The position numbers were made by a program, and so were the translations under genes. DNA of 63,963 nt, the filler included, from Atractiella rhizophila (taxonomy: Eukaryota), in NCBI GenBank assembly GCA_021432655.1. It is 4 parts of 4 records of this genome, joined end to end, with 100 filler letters (N's around TTAATTAATTAA, not from the genome) between each part and the next. Parts side by side here need not be neighbours in the genome. Positions count along the whole stretch, not along the records: positions 61,622 to 63,963 come from MU271887.1; 3 more parts are not named here. One strand, given 5' to 3'. Below are positions 61,622 to 63,963 of the stretch, piece by piece; positions within the stretch are counted from its first letter, which is position 1, and each line of letters begins with the position of its first letter. Below the pieces are notes generated by a model. It saw only the letters and a program-made list of their open reading frames with translations. It was not told where the DNA came from and searched no databases.

Positions 61622-62980
61622 ACCACGACCATTCTATCGAATCCCCTACCCCAGGTTTTGGACGAAGGCGGGGCAAGAGGTGGGGCGAAGAAGTTGGGGA
61701 GGACGGAGACTAAAGAGAGCGGAATGGGCAATGGTAGTGGTGCTGGGCCAACTGGAGGCAGAAAGGGTACCGATGAAAGTGCGGGTACTGGCCCACAAAG
61801 TTTCGATATCGATTCCCTCATCACTCGGTTACTCAACACTTCTCTCACCACGCTCTCCAACTCCACTTCGCTCAGTTCTTCATCCTCCCTCCTCAAGTCT
61901 ACATCCAAATCTCCGCCCCTCAAGAACTCAGAGATCCTCGCCATCTGCTCCGCAAGTCGGGAGGTCCTCCTCTCTCAACCGACTCTGCTCGAATTGAGCC
62001 CGCCAGTAAAGATTGTGGGGGATGTGCATGGCCAATACGCTGACTTGGTCAGGTTGTTCGAGATGTGTGGGTGGCCGCCGGAGAGCAATTACCTCTTCCT
62101 CGGCGACTATGTCGATAGAGGGAAAATGAGCCTGGAGACCATCCTTCTCCTCCTCTGCTACAAGATCAAGTATCCGGAGAACTTCTTCCTGCTCCGTACG
62201 TACTTTCACCATCACTTTTCACATGGACATTGAGAGTTGATACTGGGTGTAAAGGGGGAAACCACGAATGCGCAAACGTGACTCGAGTGTATGGGTTCTA
62301 CGACGAATGCAAGCGTCGGTGTAACCTCAAGATCTGGAAAGCGTTCATAGACGTCTTCAACACTCTCCCCATCTGCGCCATCGTCGCCTCCAAGATCTTC
62401 TGCGTGCACGGTGGCCTCTCACCCTCCCTCTCCTCCATGGACGACATCAGGCGGATCGGCCGTCCCACAGACGTGCCCGATTATGGTCTCCTCAACGATT
62501 TGCTGTGGAGCGATCCGTCCGATACGGCGTATGATTGGGAGGACAATGAGAGAGGAGTCAGCTATTGCTTTGGCAAGATTGTGATTGGAGAATTCCTGCA
62601 GAGGTACGACTTTGACCTCATCTGCCGAGCACACATGGTTGTTGAAGATGGTGAGCTCTGTTTCCTTCCCAAATATATATCCACGTTGATGCATCCGGCG
62701 TTACAGGATACGAGTTCTGGAACGAAAGAACGCTGGTGACCATCTTCAGCGCACCGAACTACTGTGGCGAGTTCGACAACTTCGGAGCCGTGATGTCGGT
62801 TTCAGAAGATCTGCTATGCGCATTCGAGCTGTTGAAACCGTTGGATGGAGCGGCGTTGAAGAAGGAGATGGCGAAGAGCAAGAAGAGGATAGCGTAGGCC
62901 GATTCAACTCCATTATTCTCATCAAGGTCCTGTTCACTAACGTGAGCATTGGATCTAGTGGGAATGGAGGGAGCGGATAG
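61622..62980 (+). CDS. PPZ1: PPZ-type (PP1-related) Ser/Thr protein phosphatase, 5' end in gap
   Basis: [67 protein letters not shown] and an N-terminal extension point to PPZ. Confidence 0.88.
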
Positions 62981-63304
62981 CCTGCCTGGCTAACTGTTGT
63001 CGCGTCGAGATGCTCTTTTGCACTACTCTTACTGTCTACATCCAAGTCCGCTGCATCATGTTTATGGTAAGGCGACTCGGTTGCTTTTCATCTCTGGCGT
63101 CCAAGGTCTGACAAATCGTGATGTGACGGATGGACGATACTTCGTCATCTGATATTTCTCCTCTCCCCTTCCTCCTTTCCTGTTTGGATTCTGGATTGTT
63201 TTCAAAACTCATCTTTTTTCTGTTTCGTTGGGCTTCGGATTTTCTCTCCTCCGTTCATCCATCCGTCCATCAATAGGGTACCACAACTCCTCTCCTCTTC
63301 CAAT

Positions 63305-63963
63305 TCAATCAATCAGTCTCATCCACGGCGCGATTTCTACCACCCTGGTTCCATCAGGATAACAACTTTGAAATTCGTTTTGACTGTCAAGCGAAAACAA
63401 GTAGTTGATACACCTTTGTAATACGTTCCCTTCAATGTCCTCATAGCTCCTCTTGCCTTTCAAACACTGTCTCTTCCCATCCGTTGGTTTTTGGGATTGC
63501 GCCTTGACGATCTGATTGAGTCTGATTGGTTGATTTTTCTGCTTGCTTTGCCTTGTTGGACCTGTTAAAGTGGAAGCTTGAACTCTCCCCATGCCGTATA
63601 TTGCCTGAAGTCAAAGGTGTATAGTCCTATGCAAATCACTTGTGTTCTTACTTCAGCTTTCTTCCGAGTCTTCCAACCTTGCAACGGTTCCATGACCATT
63701 GACAAGGATCCGAGTAAACAACATGAGATTCAACTTTGTAAGATCTACAATCCAGGTCTATTTCTTCTTCATCAGATGATGAATGTCTACATGTTATACT
63801 GAAGTGTAAGGATCTTTCTTCAAATCCTTGATCGTCGCCTTCTCGACATGTGGCAGCTCCTTCTTCTGCTTTTGCTTGTCCGCCATAGCAGTCCAATCTC
63901 CATCAAGGAACCTCCTGTTCTTAACCTCCTTCTCTGTCGGTCCATCCACCCCATTGACACCGT
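63305..63963 (-). pseudogene. Degenerate ORF of unknown type (continues beyond window)
   Basis: Frame GVNGVDGPTEKEVKNRRFLDGDW...KDPYTSV*HVDIHHLMKKK*TW... interrupted by TAA/TAG. Confidence 0.35.

Overview
Gene-dense, intron-rich fungal genomic DNA from a basidiomycete, probably Pucciniomycotina (inferred from the DUF6533 family expansion, short ~50-60 nt GT-AG introns and protein character). It is a draft assembly: three N-gaps carry an artificial TTAATTAATTAA linker, so adjacency across them is not meaningful. Recognisable genes are a Het-C 3' end, COG6, a Rap/RSR1 GTPase, a TPR protein, CCP1, MED16, a ZNF830-like and an Rpp20-like gene, ELP6-like, the divergent pair RPS17/RPS22, a BBE/AA7 FAD oxidase head-to-head with a GH18 chitinase, CDD1, COX23 (missed by the ORF track), ALF1/TBCB, a HAD phosphatase, four DUF6533 multi-TM receptor-like paralogs, DBP7, a divergent cyclin-box gene, a Cys-rich single-pass protein and a PPZ phosphatase. 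The most interesting signals are: (1) decayed repeats with a CpA->TpA (ascomycete-type RIP-like) signature rather than the TpCpG pattern reported for Pucciniomycotina; (2) a DUF6533 array sharing an invariant promoter 10-mer; (3) an oligosaccharide-oxidase/chitinase divergent pair; (4) several 530-740 nt introns, some structured, plus a candidate intronic H/ACA snoRNA; (5) functionally critical 6-8 nt microexons. Gene models and family calls were made by hand from motifs, without database searches.
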